A stretch of DNA of 61,957 nucleotides, taken from the NCBI GenBank assembly GCA_015488215.1, contig WFOE01000107.1, positions 1-61,957 on the forward strand, written 5' to 3'. Of the stretch, positions 20,964 to 32,900 are shown piece by piece. This stretch comes from Planctomycetales bacterium (lineage in GTDB: Bacteria; Planctomycetota; Planctomycetia; Pirellulales; S012-138). A program made the translations under genes and the position numbers. Positions within the stretch are counted from its first letter, which is position 1. Each line of letters opens with the position of its first letter. The notes under the pieces are model-generated. The model searched no databases and was not told where the DNA came from. It saw only the letters and a list, made by a program, of their open reading frames with translations.

Positions 20964-23453
20964 ATGCCGCGCGATCCGGTCTGTGGGATGGAAGTTTCGG
21001 AAGACTCGCCCCACCGGCTCACCCGGGATGGGGAGACGTTCTACTTCTGCTGCTCCGGTTGCCTGGAAAAGTTCCAGCAGCAGGGCGAGCCGCAGTTGGT
21101 TTCCCTCGGGGGGGCTGCTCCTGCCGCCCAGCAGTCCTCTGCGGCCAAAGAGGGTTCCTGTTGCTGCGGCCACGGCGGCTCGGCTGCGGCGGTTCCGCGC
21201 ACCGGGCCGGCGGGTTCTTCGGCGGCGTACATCTGCCCCATGTGCCCGGGCGTCGAGTCGGACGAACCGGGCCCCTGCTCCGTGTGTGGGATGCCGCTTG
21301 AGCCGGTGCCGCAGATGCCGCTGCCGGAGACGATTTACACCTGTCCCATGCACCCGGAGGTGCAACAGCCCGGCCCGGGCACTTGCCCCAAGTGCGGCAT
21401 GGCTCTGGAACCGAAAGTCGTCGTCCCCCAGGAAACCGAAGACCCGCAGGTGGCCGACTTCCGCCGGCGGTTTTGGGTGGCGGTGGCCCTGGGAGTGCCG
21501 GTGCTGCTGGCGGCCATGCTGCCCATGGTGGGCGTTCCGTTTCCGGCCTGGTGGGAACGGGTCAATCCGTGGTTCCAACTGCTGCTTTCCACTCCGGTGG
21601 TGTTTTGGGCCGCCTGGCCCTTCTGGCAACGGACCTGGCAGGCGTTGCGCCTGGGCCAGGCCAACATGTTCACGCTCATCACCCTGGGCACTGCGGCGGC
21701 TTACTTTTACAGCGCTTGGGCCACGCTGCTTCCCCACTGGGTGCCTGAAGGGTTCTTGCACAACGGGCAGGTACCGATTTTCTTCGAAGCGGCTGTGACC
21801 ATCGTGGCCTTGGTGCTGCTGGGCCAACTGATGGAACACAAGGCCCGGCACGAAACCAGCGCAGCCATCCGCGAGCTGCTGGCTCTGGCCCCGCCCACGG
21901 CGCGGAAAATCGTCGACGGCCAGGAGCACGAAGTCCCCTTGAGCCAGGTGCAGCAAGGCGACCGCTTGCGCGTGCGCCCCGGCGACAAAGTGCCCGTGGA
22001 CGGCGTGGTGCTGGAGGGGCGCAGCCTGGTCGAAGAGTCGATGATTACCGGCGAGCCGCTGCCGGTGGAAAAAGGCCCCGGCGATCCGGTCATCGGCGGC
22101 ACGGTCAACCAGACCGGCACGTTTGTCATGGAAGCCCAGCGGGTGGGGCCGGAAACGATGCTGGCCCAGATCGTCCGCCTGGTGGCCGAAGCCCAACGGA
22201 GCCGCGCCCCCATCCAGCAACTGGCCGACCGGGTGGCCCAATTCTTCGTGCCGGCCGTGGTGGCCGTGGCGGTGGCGACGTTTGTGATTTGGGCCGCCGT
22301 GGGGCCGGACCCGGGCCGCCTGGGACTGGGGCTCATCTGCGCCGTTTCGGTGCTGATTATCGCCTGCCCCTGCGCCCTGGGGCTGGCCACGCCGGTGTCG
22401 CTCACCGTAGGGCTGGGCGTCGGCGCCCAGAACGGGGTGCTGATCCGCAATGCCGAAGTGCTCCAGCGGATGCGCCAGTTGGACACGCTGGTAATCGACA
22501 AAACCGGCACCATCACCGAAGGCAAACCTCGCCTGGTGGGAGTGCATCCCGCCGAAGGCATTTCCGAGGAAGAACTGCTCCGCCTGGCCGCTTCGGCCGA
22601 ACGGCACAGCGAACACCCGCTGGCCCAGGCCGTGGTGCAAGCCGCCCAAGAAAAACAGCTCCGGCTGGAAGAACCGCAGGAGTTCCAGGCCGTGGTGGGC
22701 CAGGGCGTGACGGCCCAGGTGGCCGGCCAGCAGCTCGTGGTGGGCAAGCCGGAATTGTTGCAATCCCGCGGCGTTCCGGTGCCCGAGCCCTGGCAGGAAA
22801 AAGCCCTCCAGTTGCAAAAGCAGGCCCAGACGGTCATCTACGCTGCCCGAGGTGAGCAGTTCCTGGGACTGCTTGCCGTAGCCGACCCGATCAAGCCGGG
22901 GGCCAAGGCGGCCATCGAACACCTGCACGCCCTGGGTTTTACCGTGGTGATGCTCACCGGAGACAATCCCCACACGGCCCAGGTGGTCGCCGGCCAGGTG
23001 GGAATCGACGAGTTCCACGCCGGTCTTTCGCCTGAAGACAAACTGCACCACGTGCGGCGGCTCAAAAGCCAAGGGCGCCGCGTGGCGATGGCCGGGGACG
23101 GGATTAACGACGCCCCGGCCCTGGCCGAAGCCGACGTGGGGATTGCCATGGGCACCGGCACCGACGTGGCTATCCAGGCGGCCGATGTGACGCTCATCAA
23201 GGGGGATCTGCGCGGGATTGTCCGCGCGGTGGCCTTGGCCGGGGCCATGATGCGCAACATCTACCAGAACCTGGTGCTGGCCTTCGCCTACAACGTGCTG
23301 GCCATCCCGCTGGCCGCCGGGGCGTTGTATCCGGTCTGGGGTGTGTTGCTGCGTCCCGAGGTAGCCGCCGCAGCCATGAGCATGAGTTCGCTCTCCGTGG
23401 TAGGCAACGCCCTGCGATTGCGCTGGGTCCGCCTGCCCCGGATTGAAGCATGA
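20964..23453 (+). CDS. copA: Cu(I)-translocating P1B-type ATPase with YHS and two CPM(C/H) metal-binding domains
   Basis: DPVCGM..YFCC, YICPMCP, YTCPMHP, TGEP, ACPCALG, DKTGT, SEHPL, GDGIND, YN and MSMSS. Confidence 0.95.
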   Translation: MPRDPVCGMEVSEDSPHRLTRDGETFYFCCSGCLEKFQQQGEPQLVSLGGAAPAAQQSSAAKEGSCCCGHGGSAAAVPRTGPAGSSAAYICPMCPGVESDEPGPCSVCGMPLEPVPQMPLPETIYTCPMHPEVQQPGPGTCPKCGMALEPKVVVPQETEDPQVADFRRRFWVAVALGVPVLLAAMLPMVGVPFPAWWERVNPWFQLLLSTPVVFWAAWPFWQRTWQALRLGQANMFTLITLGTAAAYFYSAWATLLPHWVPEGFLHNGQVPIFFEAAVTIVALVLLGQLMEHKARHETSAAIRELLALAPPTARKIVDGQEHEVPLSQVQQGDRLRVRPGDKVPVDGVVLEGRSLVEESMITGEPLPVEKGPGDPVIGGTVNQTGTFVMEAQRVGPETMLAQIVRLVAEAQRSRAPIQQLADRVAQFFVPAVVAVAVATFVIWAAVGPDPGRLGLGLICAVSVLIIACPCALGLATPVSLTVGLGVGAQNGVLIRNAEVLQRMRQLDTLVIDKTGTITEGKPRLVGVHPAEGISEEELLRLAASAERHSEHPLAQAVVQAAQEKQLRLEEPQEFQAVVGQGVTAQVAGQQLVVGKPELLQSRGVPVPEPWQEKALQLQKQAQTVIYAARGEQFLGLLAVADPIKPGAKAAIEHLHALGFTVVMLTGDNPHTAQVVAGQVGIDEFHAGLSPEDKLHHVRRLKSQGRRVAMAGDGINDAPALAEADVGIAMGTGTDVAIQAADVTLIKGDLRGIVRAVALAGAMMRNIYQNLVLAFAYNVLAIPLAAGALYPVWGVLLRPEVAAAAMSMSSLSVVGNALRLRWVRLPRIEA

Positions 23454-23835
23454 GCCGGGCAAACGCGGAACCGGAAAGCACAGCCGAAAGGGGGGTGGGC
23501 GCACCGGAGAGAAACATCCGGGACCAAAAAACCGTTATGACTGTGCCATCCGAACCTGGGGGCGTGCGATTTTCCAAAACCCCCTGCCCCTTATTTTGGG
23601 GGAGGCGGTCAGGGCCGGCATCTTAAGCTACATCTTTAATGTTCCCCGATAGGGCGATTACCCCTTTTGCCCGCCCACACCCAAGCGCTGCGGTGTGTTT
23701 CCCGCAGAGCCGTTTTGTGTGTTGGTGCGTAGCTCCAGGAGTACGGCCACGGGGATCGCAGCACCGTTCGGGGCGTTGTGGCACGGACCTGTTGCCCGCG
23801 TGCGGTCAAGAGCGTGCACCAGGGAGACGGCATCC

Positions 23836-25893
23836 ATGAACCGCGCGGCAAAAGATATTCGTACGGAATCACCATCGGAACCGAAAGGTGCCGAATCTTG
23901 CTCGGCCACCCCGGCGACCGTGACGCCGGAGGTACCGCAGTCTCTGGCCGAATCACCTCCGGGGCAATTCTTGCGGCAGTTGCTGGAGGGCGTTTCTTCC
24001 TTGGTTCCACTTCGGGATGGCGCCGGCGGGGCGCAGGTGTGTCCGAAGGCCCTCAGCGCAGTGGACCGGATCAGCCCCCAAGCTGACGCCTGGCAGGTTC
24101 ATCGTTCGCAACAAGGTTCCCGATGCGAATGCATGGTGCTAGTGGCTCCGGAGAATCCCACCCTGACGCGCTGGGAACACGGTCAAACGCGGGTGCTGGA
24201 GCGGATCGCCCTGGGAGTGCCGCTGAGCGAGGTGCTGAGCGTACTGGTCGAAGAAGTGGAACGGCTCATCCCCCACTCCCACGCGGCGGTGCTGCTGCTG
24301 GACGAAACGGGCAAACAGTTCCGCCGTGGGGCGGCTCCCAGCCTGCCGGACCCGCTGGGCAAGTTGTTCGACGGGCTGAAAGTGGCTCCCGGCAACGGTT
24401 GCTGCGCTGCGGCGGCCACCAGCGGCGAGCGGGTGGTGGTACCGGACCTGGATTCCCATTCCTGTTGGACCCAACTGCGCCCGTTGGCACAGCAATTCGG
24501 CTTTTGTGCCAGTTGGTCTGAGCCGGTTTATTCCTCCACCGGCAAGTTCCTGGGCACGCTCACGGTGCTCCTGCGCCAGTCGGGTGTCGTGGAGCAACTG
24601 AATCGCCACTGGTTGGCCACGGCGGCCCACCTGGCCGGAATCGCCATCGAACGCGACCGCTCAGCCAAGGAGCTGATTCGAGCCAAGGAAGAGGCCGAAG
24701 CCTCCAGCCGGGCCAAGGCTCAGTTCCTGGCCAACATGAGCCATGAGATCCGCACGCCGATGACGGCTATCTTGGGATTTGCCGATCTGCTGCGGGAACA
24801 AGCGGCCGGAACGGCCCAGGCGGAACTGGCCGATACCATCTACCGCAACGCCAGCTACCTGCTGAAGATCATCAACGACATCCTTGATCTTTCCAAAATC
24901 GAAGCGGGCAAGATGCAACTGGACGTGCAGCAGGTGTGCCCGTTCCAGTTGCTGGAAGACGTCAAGGAGATGATGGCTCCTTCGGCCCGGGAAAAAGGCT
25001 TGGAGCTGAAACTCCAATTCCACACCCCCTTGCCGCCTGCCATTCGCACCGACCCTTACCGGCTGCGGCAGATTTTAATCAATCTGGTGGGCAACGCGAT
25101 CAAGTTCACCACTCGGGGATCGGTCCGGATGGCAGTGCAGTTGCTGAAAACCCCGTCCCGGCCCATGCTTGCCGTGGACGTCATCGACACGGGAGTAGGC
25201 ATCCCGGCCGATAAACTCCAGGCCATTTTTCAACCTTTCGTCCAGGCCGATTCCTCGACCACGCGGCGTTTCGGCGGCACGGGACTGGGGCTTTCCATCA
25301 GCTTGCACCTGGCCCATCTGCTGGGCGGAACAATCACTGTGGAAAGCACTCCCGGCCAGGGAAGTCGCTTCCGGCTGGAAGTGCCCCTCGGCCCGGTGGA
25401 CCTCGACCGTCTTGTCTGGTCTCCCCAGGCTCGTTCTGCCAAACAAAACAGCCCCGCTCACTCCGATGCACACGCCCCGTCGCAAATCCCCCGGCTGCAA
25501 GGTCATGTGCTTTTGGTAGAAGACGGGCCGGACAACCGCCGCCTGGTGGCCCACATCCTGACCAAGTACGGGATGCAAGTGACCACGGCCACACACGGAC
25601 AAGAAGCCCTGGAGCTGTTCGACCGCTACTGGCAACGGGACCAAACGCCCCCGTTCGACCTGGTGCTACTGGATATGCAGATGCCGGTGATGGACGGCTA
25701 CACCACGGCCGCGGAGCTTCGGCGGCGCGGGTGGGCCGGGCCGGTGGTGGCCCTGACCGCGTTTGCCATGGCCCAAGACCGCCAAAAGTGCCTCCAGGCC
25801 GGCTGCGATGAATATCTGACCAAGCCGATTGACAAGGAAAAACTGCTGGCCACACTGACCCGATTTCTGCAGCCGGCCACTAGCCAAAGCTAA
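23836..25893 (+). CDS. Hybrid sensor histidine kinase (GAF-HisKA-HATPase-REC)
   Basis: GAF (GAAPSLP..SWSEPV), FLANMSHEIRTPM, NLVGNAIKFT, DTGVGI, GGTGLGL, LLDMQMPVMDG, KPI; start uncertain. Confidence 0.93.
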   Translation: MNRAAKDIRTESPSEPKGAESCSATPATVTPEVPQSLAESPPGQFLRQLLEGVSSLVPLRDGAGGAQVCPKALSAVDRISPQADAWQVHRSQQGSRCECMVLVAPENPTLTRWEHGQTRVLERIALGVPLSEVLSVLVEEVERLIPHSHAAVLLLDETGKQFRRGAAPSLPDPLGKLFDGLKVAPGNGCCAAAATSGERVVVPDLDSHSCWTQLRPLAQQFGFCASWSEPVYSSTGKFLGTLTVLLRQSGVVEQLNRHWLATAAHLAGIAIERDRSAKELIRAKEEAEASSRAKAQFLANMSHEIRTPMTAILGFADLLREQAAGTAQAELADTIYRNASYLLKIINDILDLSKIEAGKMQLDVQQVCPFQLLEDVKEMMAPSAREKGLELKLQFHTPLPPAIRTDPYRLRQILINLVGNAIKFTTRGSVRMAVQLLKTPSRPMLAVDVIDTGVGIPADKLQAIFQPFVQADSSTTRRFGGTGLGLSISLHLAHLLGGTITVESTPGQGSRFRLEVPLGPVDLDRLVWSPQARSAKQNSPAHSDAHAPSQIPRLQGHVLLVEDGPDNRRLVAHILTKYGMQVTTATHGQEALELFDRYWQRDQTPPFDLVLLDMQMPVMDGYTTAAELRRRGWAGPVVALTAFAMAQDRQKCLQAGCDEYLTKPIDKEKLLATLTRFLQPATSQS

Positions 25894-25959
25894 GCGGGTA
25901 ACAATTGCCCTTTGAGCAAGCCCAGGTGGCGGAGCTCGGGACATCGGACAAACCGCCGG

Positions 25960-26283
25960 CTTGAGGGCGTGGGGGCTTGGGGGGATGAGGCGCTGCTCCA
26001 GCACCGGGCGGGAAGGGGCTTGCGGCTTGCGCCGTGCGCCTTGCGCGAGGAGCTTCCGTTCCAGCGGGAAAGCACGCGTTCGTGCTCCTAATCGTACTCG
26101 TACTCGGAAGCGCGAGCTTGATCTTGTCGCTAATCGCGAATCGGCGAGCCGGGAGCTTTAAACGAAGGGGGGAGGCGTCGAGGCTTGGAAGCGTGGGGGG
26201 ACGGGGGCAGGAGCTTCCGCTCCGATGCAAGAGTAAACGCTGGATTCTCGCACTCGGCGAGCCGCCAGCTTTAGCTGGCGGAG
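25960..26283 (+). repeat. Modular intergenic repeat locus C, between convergent genes
   Basis: Order: octamer cassette; heptamer cassette 26018-26047; hairpin 26049; hexamer cassette 26079-26107; half-REP 26143-26160; octamer cassette; hairpin 26210; full REP 26256-26283. Confidence 0.92.
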
Positions 26284-26379
26284 GAGAAACACCAGTAAGC
26301 GATTTTCACCGGCTCCTCCCTTTTGGCGCCCTTCGGCGCGAAAGCACCGGCGTTTGCCGCAAGCCGCCACCACTCGGGC

Positions 26380-26412
26380 AAAACAAAAGTCCCTGCGCAG
26401 CAGCGCAGGGAC
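26380..26412 (-). terminator. Intrinsic terminator of the DUF1080 gene
   Basis: Perfect 10-bp stem gtccctgcgc-agca-gcgcagggac, followed on the minus strand by ttttgtttt. Confidence 0.75.
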
Positions 26413-26440
26413 CGGGATTGCTCGTGTCGAAAGCGGCCGT

Positions 26441-27811
26441 CTAGTCGAGTTCTTTGATGTAAATGTTGGCGAACTCAATCGGGTCGCCGTGGTGTTGCAA
26501 GGCGATTGGCCCCTTGGGCTTCACGCCGGGCAGTCGGGCGCCGTCCAGCACCTTCTTGCCGTTCAGGATGACGGTGAGCCGGTCGCCTTTCATGGTGATG
26601 ATGAAGCGGTTCCACTGTCCCGGCGGGTTGTCGGCCTTCACCTTGGGGGTGACTCCGGCCCGCACTTCCGGCGGCATCCGCCGGTCCATGCGGTAGCCAT
26701 ACACCTCACCGGACCCGATGGGCCAGCACCAGATGTTCACCTGGCTCTTGGAACTGCCGCGCAGGTAAATGCCGCTGTCGCCGTAGTCGTCGATCTCGAT
26801 GCGGATTTCCTTGCCGTTTTTGTCCTTGGCGTGGGTACCATCGGGCAGCACCTTGGGCACCAGACGCTTATGGGGCTTCTTGCGGACAAAGCGCCAATCG
26901 ACCACCAGCGTGAAGTCCTTGTATTCCTTCTCGCTCCACAGGTTCTTGTCTTTGGCCGTGCTCTTGCCGTCGTAGTGGAGCACGTGGTCCCGGGGTTGCC
27001 AGTGGCCCAGGTGGCCCGGGTCCTGCTTCCAGCCGCTCAGGTCGCGGCGATTGTAAAGGGGAACAAACCCGGTGGCGTCGAAAGCCACTTGCTCCGGTTT
27101 GGGATTGGTGGAAGGCAGTTCCTTGATGCGGATGTTGCGGAAGTGGACTTCCGAACCCTCGGCTTCCAAGCAGATGTAGCCTTTGCGCGGAGTGCAGTTG
27201 TAGCCGCCGGAGACGACCTTGCCGTTTACCGCAAGCGTGACCCGGCCGTCCTTACACACCAGGCGATAGTGGTTCCAGTGGCCGGCCCCTTTGCAGCGAT
27301 TTTCGCTGGGCAGGCAACGCATCCATCCAGCCGGGTGGGGGCGGTCCGGTGTCATCGATGCTCCCTGGATGGCGAATACGTCGCCCTGGCTGGTATAGAC
27401 CACCGTCTCCTTGCCGTTAATTTTCTGCTTGCCGGTGCGGCCCACCATCACCTGAACTTCAATCGAACGCGGATACACCCGCCCGGGAGCCGGCAGCCCG
27501 TCGGCCCAGATGAACAGCCCGGCGTTCCCCTTCGGGTCCAGGTGTTTCCATTCCAGTTCCAGGATGAAGTTTTCGTACATCTTTTCGGTGCGGATGAACC
27601 CGCTGGGCTTGCCGGTGCAGACGATTACGCCGTCGCGAACCTGGAAGGTGTCCGGGTAGCAGTTGACGTTGACCCAGCCGGAAAGGTCTTTGCCGTTGAA
27701 CAGAGGGACGAACCCTTCCTCGCCCCGGGCGGTCTGCTGGTGGGCATGCAACCACACCGTGGCGGCGACAAACACAAGCCATCCGGCCAAATAGACGAAG
27801 GCACGCTTCAT
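26441..27811 (-). CDS. Secreted tandem DUF1080 (3-keto-disaccharide hydrolase-like) protein
   Basis: Signal peptide; two domains beginning GFVPLFNGKDLSGW and GFVPLYNRRDLSGW, ending GYICLEAEG..FRNIRIKEL and GPIALQHHG..FANIYIKEL. Confidence 0.9.
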   Translation of the reverse strand: MKRAFVYLAGWLVFVAATVWLHAHQQTARGEEGFVPLFNGKDLSGWVNVNCYPDTFQVRDGVIVCTGKPSGFIRTEKMYENFILELEWKHLDPKGNAGLFIWADGLPAPGRVYPRSIEVQVMVGRTGKQKINGKETVVYTSQGDVFAIQGASMTPDRPHPAGWMRCLPSENRCKGAGHWNHYRLVCKDGRVTLAVNGKVVSGGYNCTPRKGYICLEAEGSEVHFRNIRIKELPSTNPKPEQVAFDATGFVPLYNRRDLSGWKQDPGHLGHWQPRDHVLHYDGKSTAKDKNLWSEKEYKDFTLVVDWRFVRKKPHKRLVPKVLPDGTHAKDKNGKEIRIEIDDYGDSGIYLRGSSKSQVNIWCWPIGSGEVYGYRMDRRMPPEVRAGVTPKVKADNPPGQWNRFIITMKGDRLTVILNGKKVLDGARLPGVKPKGPIALQHHGDPIEFANIYIKELD

Positions 27812-28055
27812 GGCAGGGGAATCCTCGCAAGCAGGTGGTTCCGTTGGTTTCCTTGGCTTTCCTCCGGGGAGGAGAAAAACCACTTCCCGGCTATGCTCTC
27901 TACTTTGAGCGGACCGCGCTGCGATTGCAAGCGCCGGGACACATCGGGTCCGAGCGGCTTGCCGGAGGGGCACTTCGGTTTTCCCGAAAGCGCGGCCCCC
28001 CTATAATCGACGGCGCCTGGAAGTTCCACTTCCCCCGTCCTCGGATGTCCCAGCC

Positions 28056-28520
28056 ATGACCGAACGCAAGCCGCGCATTCTGATTGCCGACGACAACGCC
28101 ACCAACGTCGAGTTGCTGGAAGCCTATCTGGCCGAGCTGGATTGCGAGATCGAAGTGGCCGTCGATGGCCGCGACACGCTGGCCAAAGTGCAGCAGTTCC
28201 AGCCCGACTTGATCCTGCTGGATATCATGATGCCCAAGCTTAGCGGCTTTGAGGTCTGCCAGCAGATCAAACAGGACCCCAACACCAAGAACATCATGGT
28301 GCTGATGGTAACCGCGCTCAACGAGCTGGGCGACATCGAACGGGCCGTGGCCGCCGGGACCGACGACTTCCTGAGCAAGCCGGTCAACAAAGTGGAGCTG
28401 CTCAAACGCGTGGAAAACATGCTCCGGCTGCGCCACGTGACCGACGAGCTGGAACGCCTGCGCCGCTATATCCAGGCCATGGAAGAACAAGCCGGCCCCC
28501 TGCCCGGCCGGAGCGGATAA
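28056..28520 (+). CDS. Response regulator (REC domain + short helical tail)
   Basis: ILIADDN, LLDIMMP, VTA, FLSKPV. Confidence 0.93.
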   Translation: MTERKPRILIADDNATNVELLEAYLAELDCEIEVAVDGRDTLAKVQQFQPDLILLDIMMPKLSGFEVCQQIKQDPNTKNIMVLMVTALNELGDIERAVAAGTDDFLSKPVNKVELLKRVENMLRLRHVTDELERLRRYIQAMEEQAGPLPGRSG

Positions 28521-28743
28521 CCCAAGCTACGAACCGCAAACGCCGGCGGAAAGCCTACAAGGGGGAAGAACGCCCGAGTGCGCCCGCCTGCCACACCCGA
28601 GGGCAGGCTGGGCCGAAGTTTCCCAAACCGGCCCGCCGGGGACTGCGCGGCTTTGGCGGCAGACCAGCCGCTCAGGCGCACGTGCCGTCCCGGCGGCGAA
28701 TCCGGGGCAGGTGAATCCCTTCAACCGGAACAGGAGTCGCACC

Positions 28744-29859
28744 GTGATTGTTGGCGTTCCCATGGAAATCAAGACCGACGAGTACCGCGTGGCCATTCTG
28801 CCCGTGGGCGTGGAAGAGCTGGTGCGGGCGGGCCACCAGGTCATCATCCAGGCCGGGGCGGGACTCGGCTCGGGGATTGCCGATCACGAGTACTTGGAAC
28901 ACGGGGCCAAACTGGTCGCTTCCGGTGAGGACATCTACGCCCAGGCCGACTTGGTGCTCAAAGTCAAGGAGCCGCTGCCGCAGGAGTATCCGCTCATCCG
29001 GCCCGGCCAGGTGATCTTCACCTACCTGCACCTGGCCGCCGACCGCCAGTTGACCGAAGCGCTGTTGCAAAGCGGCTGCGTGGCCCTGGCCTACGAGACC
29101 TTGCAGGACGACCAGGGGCACCTGCCGCTGCTTACGCCCATGAGCGAAGTGGCCGGGCGAATGAGCGTCCAGGAAGGCGCCAAATACCTGGAACGGCCTC
29201 AGATGGGCCGTGGCATCCTGCTGGGCGGCGTGCCCGGCGTGGCTCCGGCCCACATTACAATCCTGGGCGGCGGCGTGGTCGGGGCCAACGCAGCGAAGGT
29301 GGCCGCGGGCTTCGGGGCCGACATCTGCGTGCTGGACATCAACATGGAACGGCTCCGCTATCTAGACGACGTGATGCCGGCCAACGTGAACGTGCTTTAC
29401 AGCGACCGGCACACCATCCGCGAGCAGCTTCGCTTGGCCGATCTGGTCATCGGCGCGGTGCTCATCCCCGGGGCCAAAGCCCCCAAGCTCATTCGGCGAC
29501 AGGACCTGCGGCTGATGAAGCCGGGAAGCGTCATCATCGACGTGGCCATCGACCAGGGCGGCTGCGTGGAAACCAGTCGGCCCACCACCCACAGCAATCC
29601 CACCTACATCGTGGATCAGGTGCTGCACTACTGCGTGACGAACATGCCCGGCGCGGTGGGCCGCACCAGCACCTACGCCCTGTGCAACGTCACGCTCCCC
29701 TGGGTGATGGAACTGGTACGCCGCGGCGTGGAAGAAGCGATTCGCCAGGTCCGGCCACTGGCTCGGGCGGTGAACGTTTACAAGGGAGAACTGACCAACC
29801 GGGCCGTGGCCCAGGCCCTGGGACTCCCCTACAGCCCTACGCTGGAAGCCTACCAATAA
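28744..29859 (+). CDS. ald: Alanine dehydrogenase
   Basis: (M)[52 protein letters not shown]; GGAG RBS before the GTG. Confidence 0.96.
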   Translation: MIVGVPMEIKTDEYRVAILPVGVEELVRAGHQVIIQAGAGLGSGIADHEYLEHGAKLVASGEDIYAQADLVLKVKEPLPQEYPLIRPGQVIFTYLHLAADRQLTEALLQSGCVALAYETLQDDQGHLPLLTPMSEVAGRMSVQEGAKYLERPQMGRGILLGGVPGVAPAHITILGGGVVGANAAKVAAGFGADICVLDINMERLRYLDDVMPANVNVLYSDRHTIREQLRLADLVIGAVLIPGAKAPKLIRRQDLRLMKPGSVIIDVAIDQGGCVETSRPTTHSNPTYIVDQVLHYCVTNMPGAVGRTSTYALCNVTLPWVMELVRRGVEEAIRQVRPLARAVNVYKGELTNRAVAQALGLPYSPTLEAYQ

Positions 29860-29923
29860 ACCTTGGCGGCAAGCCTCTGGCCGGGCGGCTCTTTCCTGGC
29901 AGTGCCCCATTCCCACCGCGGCG

Positions 29924-32900
29924 CTACTCCAGTGCCGCGGCTTGTTGCTGGAACAGGCGGTCGAACCGTCGGCGGACCTCGGCGGTGCATTCATGCACCT
30001 GCCGGCGGAATTGCTCCGGCTCTTTGTAACCCAGCAGCGAAGCGACCCGGCGGAGCTGCTCTTCGGCCTGCGGCAACTGGTCGTGCGAGGCCAGATTGAG
30101 CAGTTGCAGCCGCGATTCCACGCGCCGCAGCAGCAGATAGCTTTCCCGCCAGAAGCGGGCGTCTTCTTCCGCCATCAGGCCCAACTCGTGCAGCCGTTGC
30201 AACGCTTCCAGCGTGTTGGCAACGCGCAGCTCGGGATACTGCGCCATGTGGCACAGTTGCAGCATCTGCACGGCGAACTCCACGTCAACGATTCCGCCCG
30301 GCCCGCGCTTGATGTTTTCGGCCGAAGCGGTCTGTTGCAGCTTCATCCGCATCTGGTAGATGCTCTCCACGTCCTGCCGTCCCAGCGGCTTGACGGTCAT
30401 CGCTTCCAGCACGGCCTGTTCGGCCGCCTGGGCGGCTCGTTCGTCGGGCGAAAGCACCCGGGCCTTGCAAAGCGCCTGGCGTTCCCAAAGCTGCCCTTCG
30501 CCTCGCTGGAAGTAGCGGCGGAACTCGGCAAGCGAGGTGGCCAGTGCGCCGCTGCGTCCGGTAGGCCGCAGTCGGGCGTCCACTTCGTACAGCCGGCCGT
30601 AGGGCCCCAGGTAGGTCATCGTCTTGATGACCCGCGAACCCAGCTCGCTGAAAAAGTGCTGGTTGGTCGTGGAGCCGCCGCCGCGAGTGGCCGCCTGGGT
30701 GTGGCCTTCGCCGGCGTAGAGGAACACCAGGTCCACGTCGCTGTGGTAGTTCATTTCCCGCCCGCCGAACTTGCCCATGGCCAGCACCACCCAGGGGCAC
30801 GGCCCTCCCGCGTGCTGAGGCACGCCCAGCCGAGGCACCAACTGCTGCCAGCAATGGTGGATCACTTGCTCCAGACAGACCTGGGCCACGTCGCTCAAGC
30901 AGGCTGTTACCCGGGGCAGGCTCTCCTTGTCCATCACGTCCCGCACGCCCACTTGCAGGTGCTTGGCGTTTTTGAAGCTGTGCAGGATGGGGTCCAGGTC
31001 TTCGGCCCCCCGGGTCAGTTCGGCCAGCTCGTGCCGCATCCCTTCCAACTCCGGCAGCCGGTCCAGCAGCAGGCTGTCCAGCAGCTCGTCGATCATGCCC
31101 GGGTTGCTGATCAGGATGCTGCACAGGTAGGGGCTGGAAGCGCAGAGCTTCACATACAGTTGCAAGCTGGGTGGGTTGAAGCTGAACAGCTCCCACAGCA
31201 CGCCCTTGCCCCCCAGCGAATCGCTCACCTGCTCAAGCGTAATCAGCGTGGCGTCCGGGTCGGGCGTTTGCGAAATGGCCTTGAGCAACTGTGGGGCAAT
31301 CGAAGCCAGAAAATGCCGGCAGCGGCGCGTGGAGAGGAACGGAATCCGCTCCGTGGCCAGGCCCATCAGGTGGTGGTACGCCTGCTGGGGGTCCTTGAAC
31401 CCGTAAGGGCCCAGCACCTGCTGGATGGTTTCCCGGCTGGGCTCGGGGTCCAGTACCAGGTCCACCTCGGGAGTGCTTTCCCGGTCGTCGGCAAAGGCGT
31501 CGTGCAGCAGGTGGTTGAGTATCTTCCGGTTCAGTTCCGTGGCCTGGGCGTACATCCGCCGGAAGGCATCCAGGGCCGATTCCCGGGGCGTGTCCTCGAA
31601 TCCCACCCGCAGGGCCAGTTTGCGCAGCTCTTGTTCGTCCTGGGGCAGTTCGTGGGTTTGTAGATCGAACATGATTTGCAAGCGGTGCTCGATCTTGCGC
31701 AGGAAACGGTAATTGGTTTCCAGCACGGTGCGTTCCTGGTGGGTCAGGCAGCCCACGTGCTCCAGGCGGTCGATGGCCGTCAGGGTGTTGGTGGTGCGCA
31801 GCTCGGGCAGGTCGCCTCCGTTGAGCAACTGGAGAAACTGGATGACGAACTCGATGTCCCGAATCCCGCCCACGCCCGTCTTGACGTTCGAAGCGTCCTT
31901 GCCCCGGGCGGCCGTGTGGCGTTCGATCCGCCGCTTCAGGGCCTTGATGTCGGCAATGTCGGCAATGCCCAGGTAGCGCCGATAGACCCACGGCTCCAGC
32001 TCCTGAAGGTACTGGGCCCCGAAGTCCAGATCGCCCGCTACGGCCCGGGCCTTCACGTAAGCCTGGCGTTCCCAGGTGCGGCCTTTCACGTCGTAGTAGT
32101 GCCGGGCGTGGTCCCAACTGACCACCAGCGGGCCCTGGTTTCCCTCGGGCCGCAGCCGCATATCGACCCGGTAGGCCTGGCCCAGTTCGGTGCGGGTGGT
32201 GAGCAGTTCCAGCAGCCAGCGGCCCAATCGGTTGAAAAACTCCTGGTTGGACCAGGGGCGCGGGCCGTCGGTTTTGCCCTCCCCTTCGTAAACGAAGATA
32301 AGGTCGATGTCGCTGGAATAGTTCAGCTCCACCCCGCCCAGTTTGCCCATGCCCAGCACGACGAATCGGGCCGGGCGCCCGTTGGGCAGCCGGGGCACGC
32401 CTCGGGCGGCCTGAAGCTGTCCCCGGGCCCAGGCCACGGCCGCCTCCAGAATCGCGTCGGCCACGTAGGAAATCTGCGCCGTGACCGTCTCCAGCGGCTG
32501 TTCCTGGATGATCTCCCCGTAGGCAATCCGCAGCGTCTCCCGTTGCTTGAACCGCCGCAGAGCCCGCATCACCAGTTGCTGGTCCTGCAGGGCCAGCACT
32601 TCGGCCGTCAGTTCGTCCACCAGGCTCTGGCGGCTCACCGGGCGCCCTTGGGTCATCCGCAGCAGGTCGAACGCCTCGGGGTCCAGCACCAGGATGTCGC
32701 TCAGGTACTGGCTGACCGAAAAAATCTGCAGCAGCGGAGGGAACGAATCCGGATCCCGTTCCAGCAGGGCCACCAGTCCCAGCGGGTTGCGGCTGTTGGA
32801 AATGAAGCGTTCCAGGTTGTTCAGAGCCATGTCCGGGTCGCTGAGCCGCGGCAGATGCTTTTCCAGCTCGGTGGCCAGGTAGGCCAGCAGGTCCAGCGGC

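Noticed and set aside
25961-26444. Short ORFs called over the repeat loci (also 3-302, 37892-38307, 48840-49246, 49826-50327, 61586-61957)
   Set aside because: They are translations of repeat modules without consistent starts and are not reported as genes (see the low-scored peptide finding).
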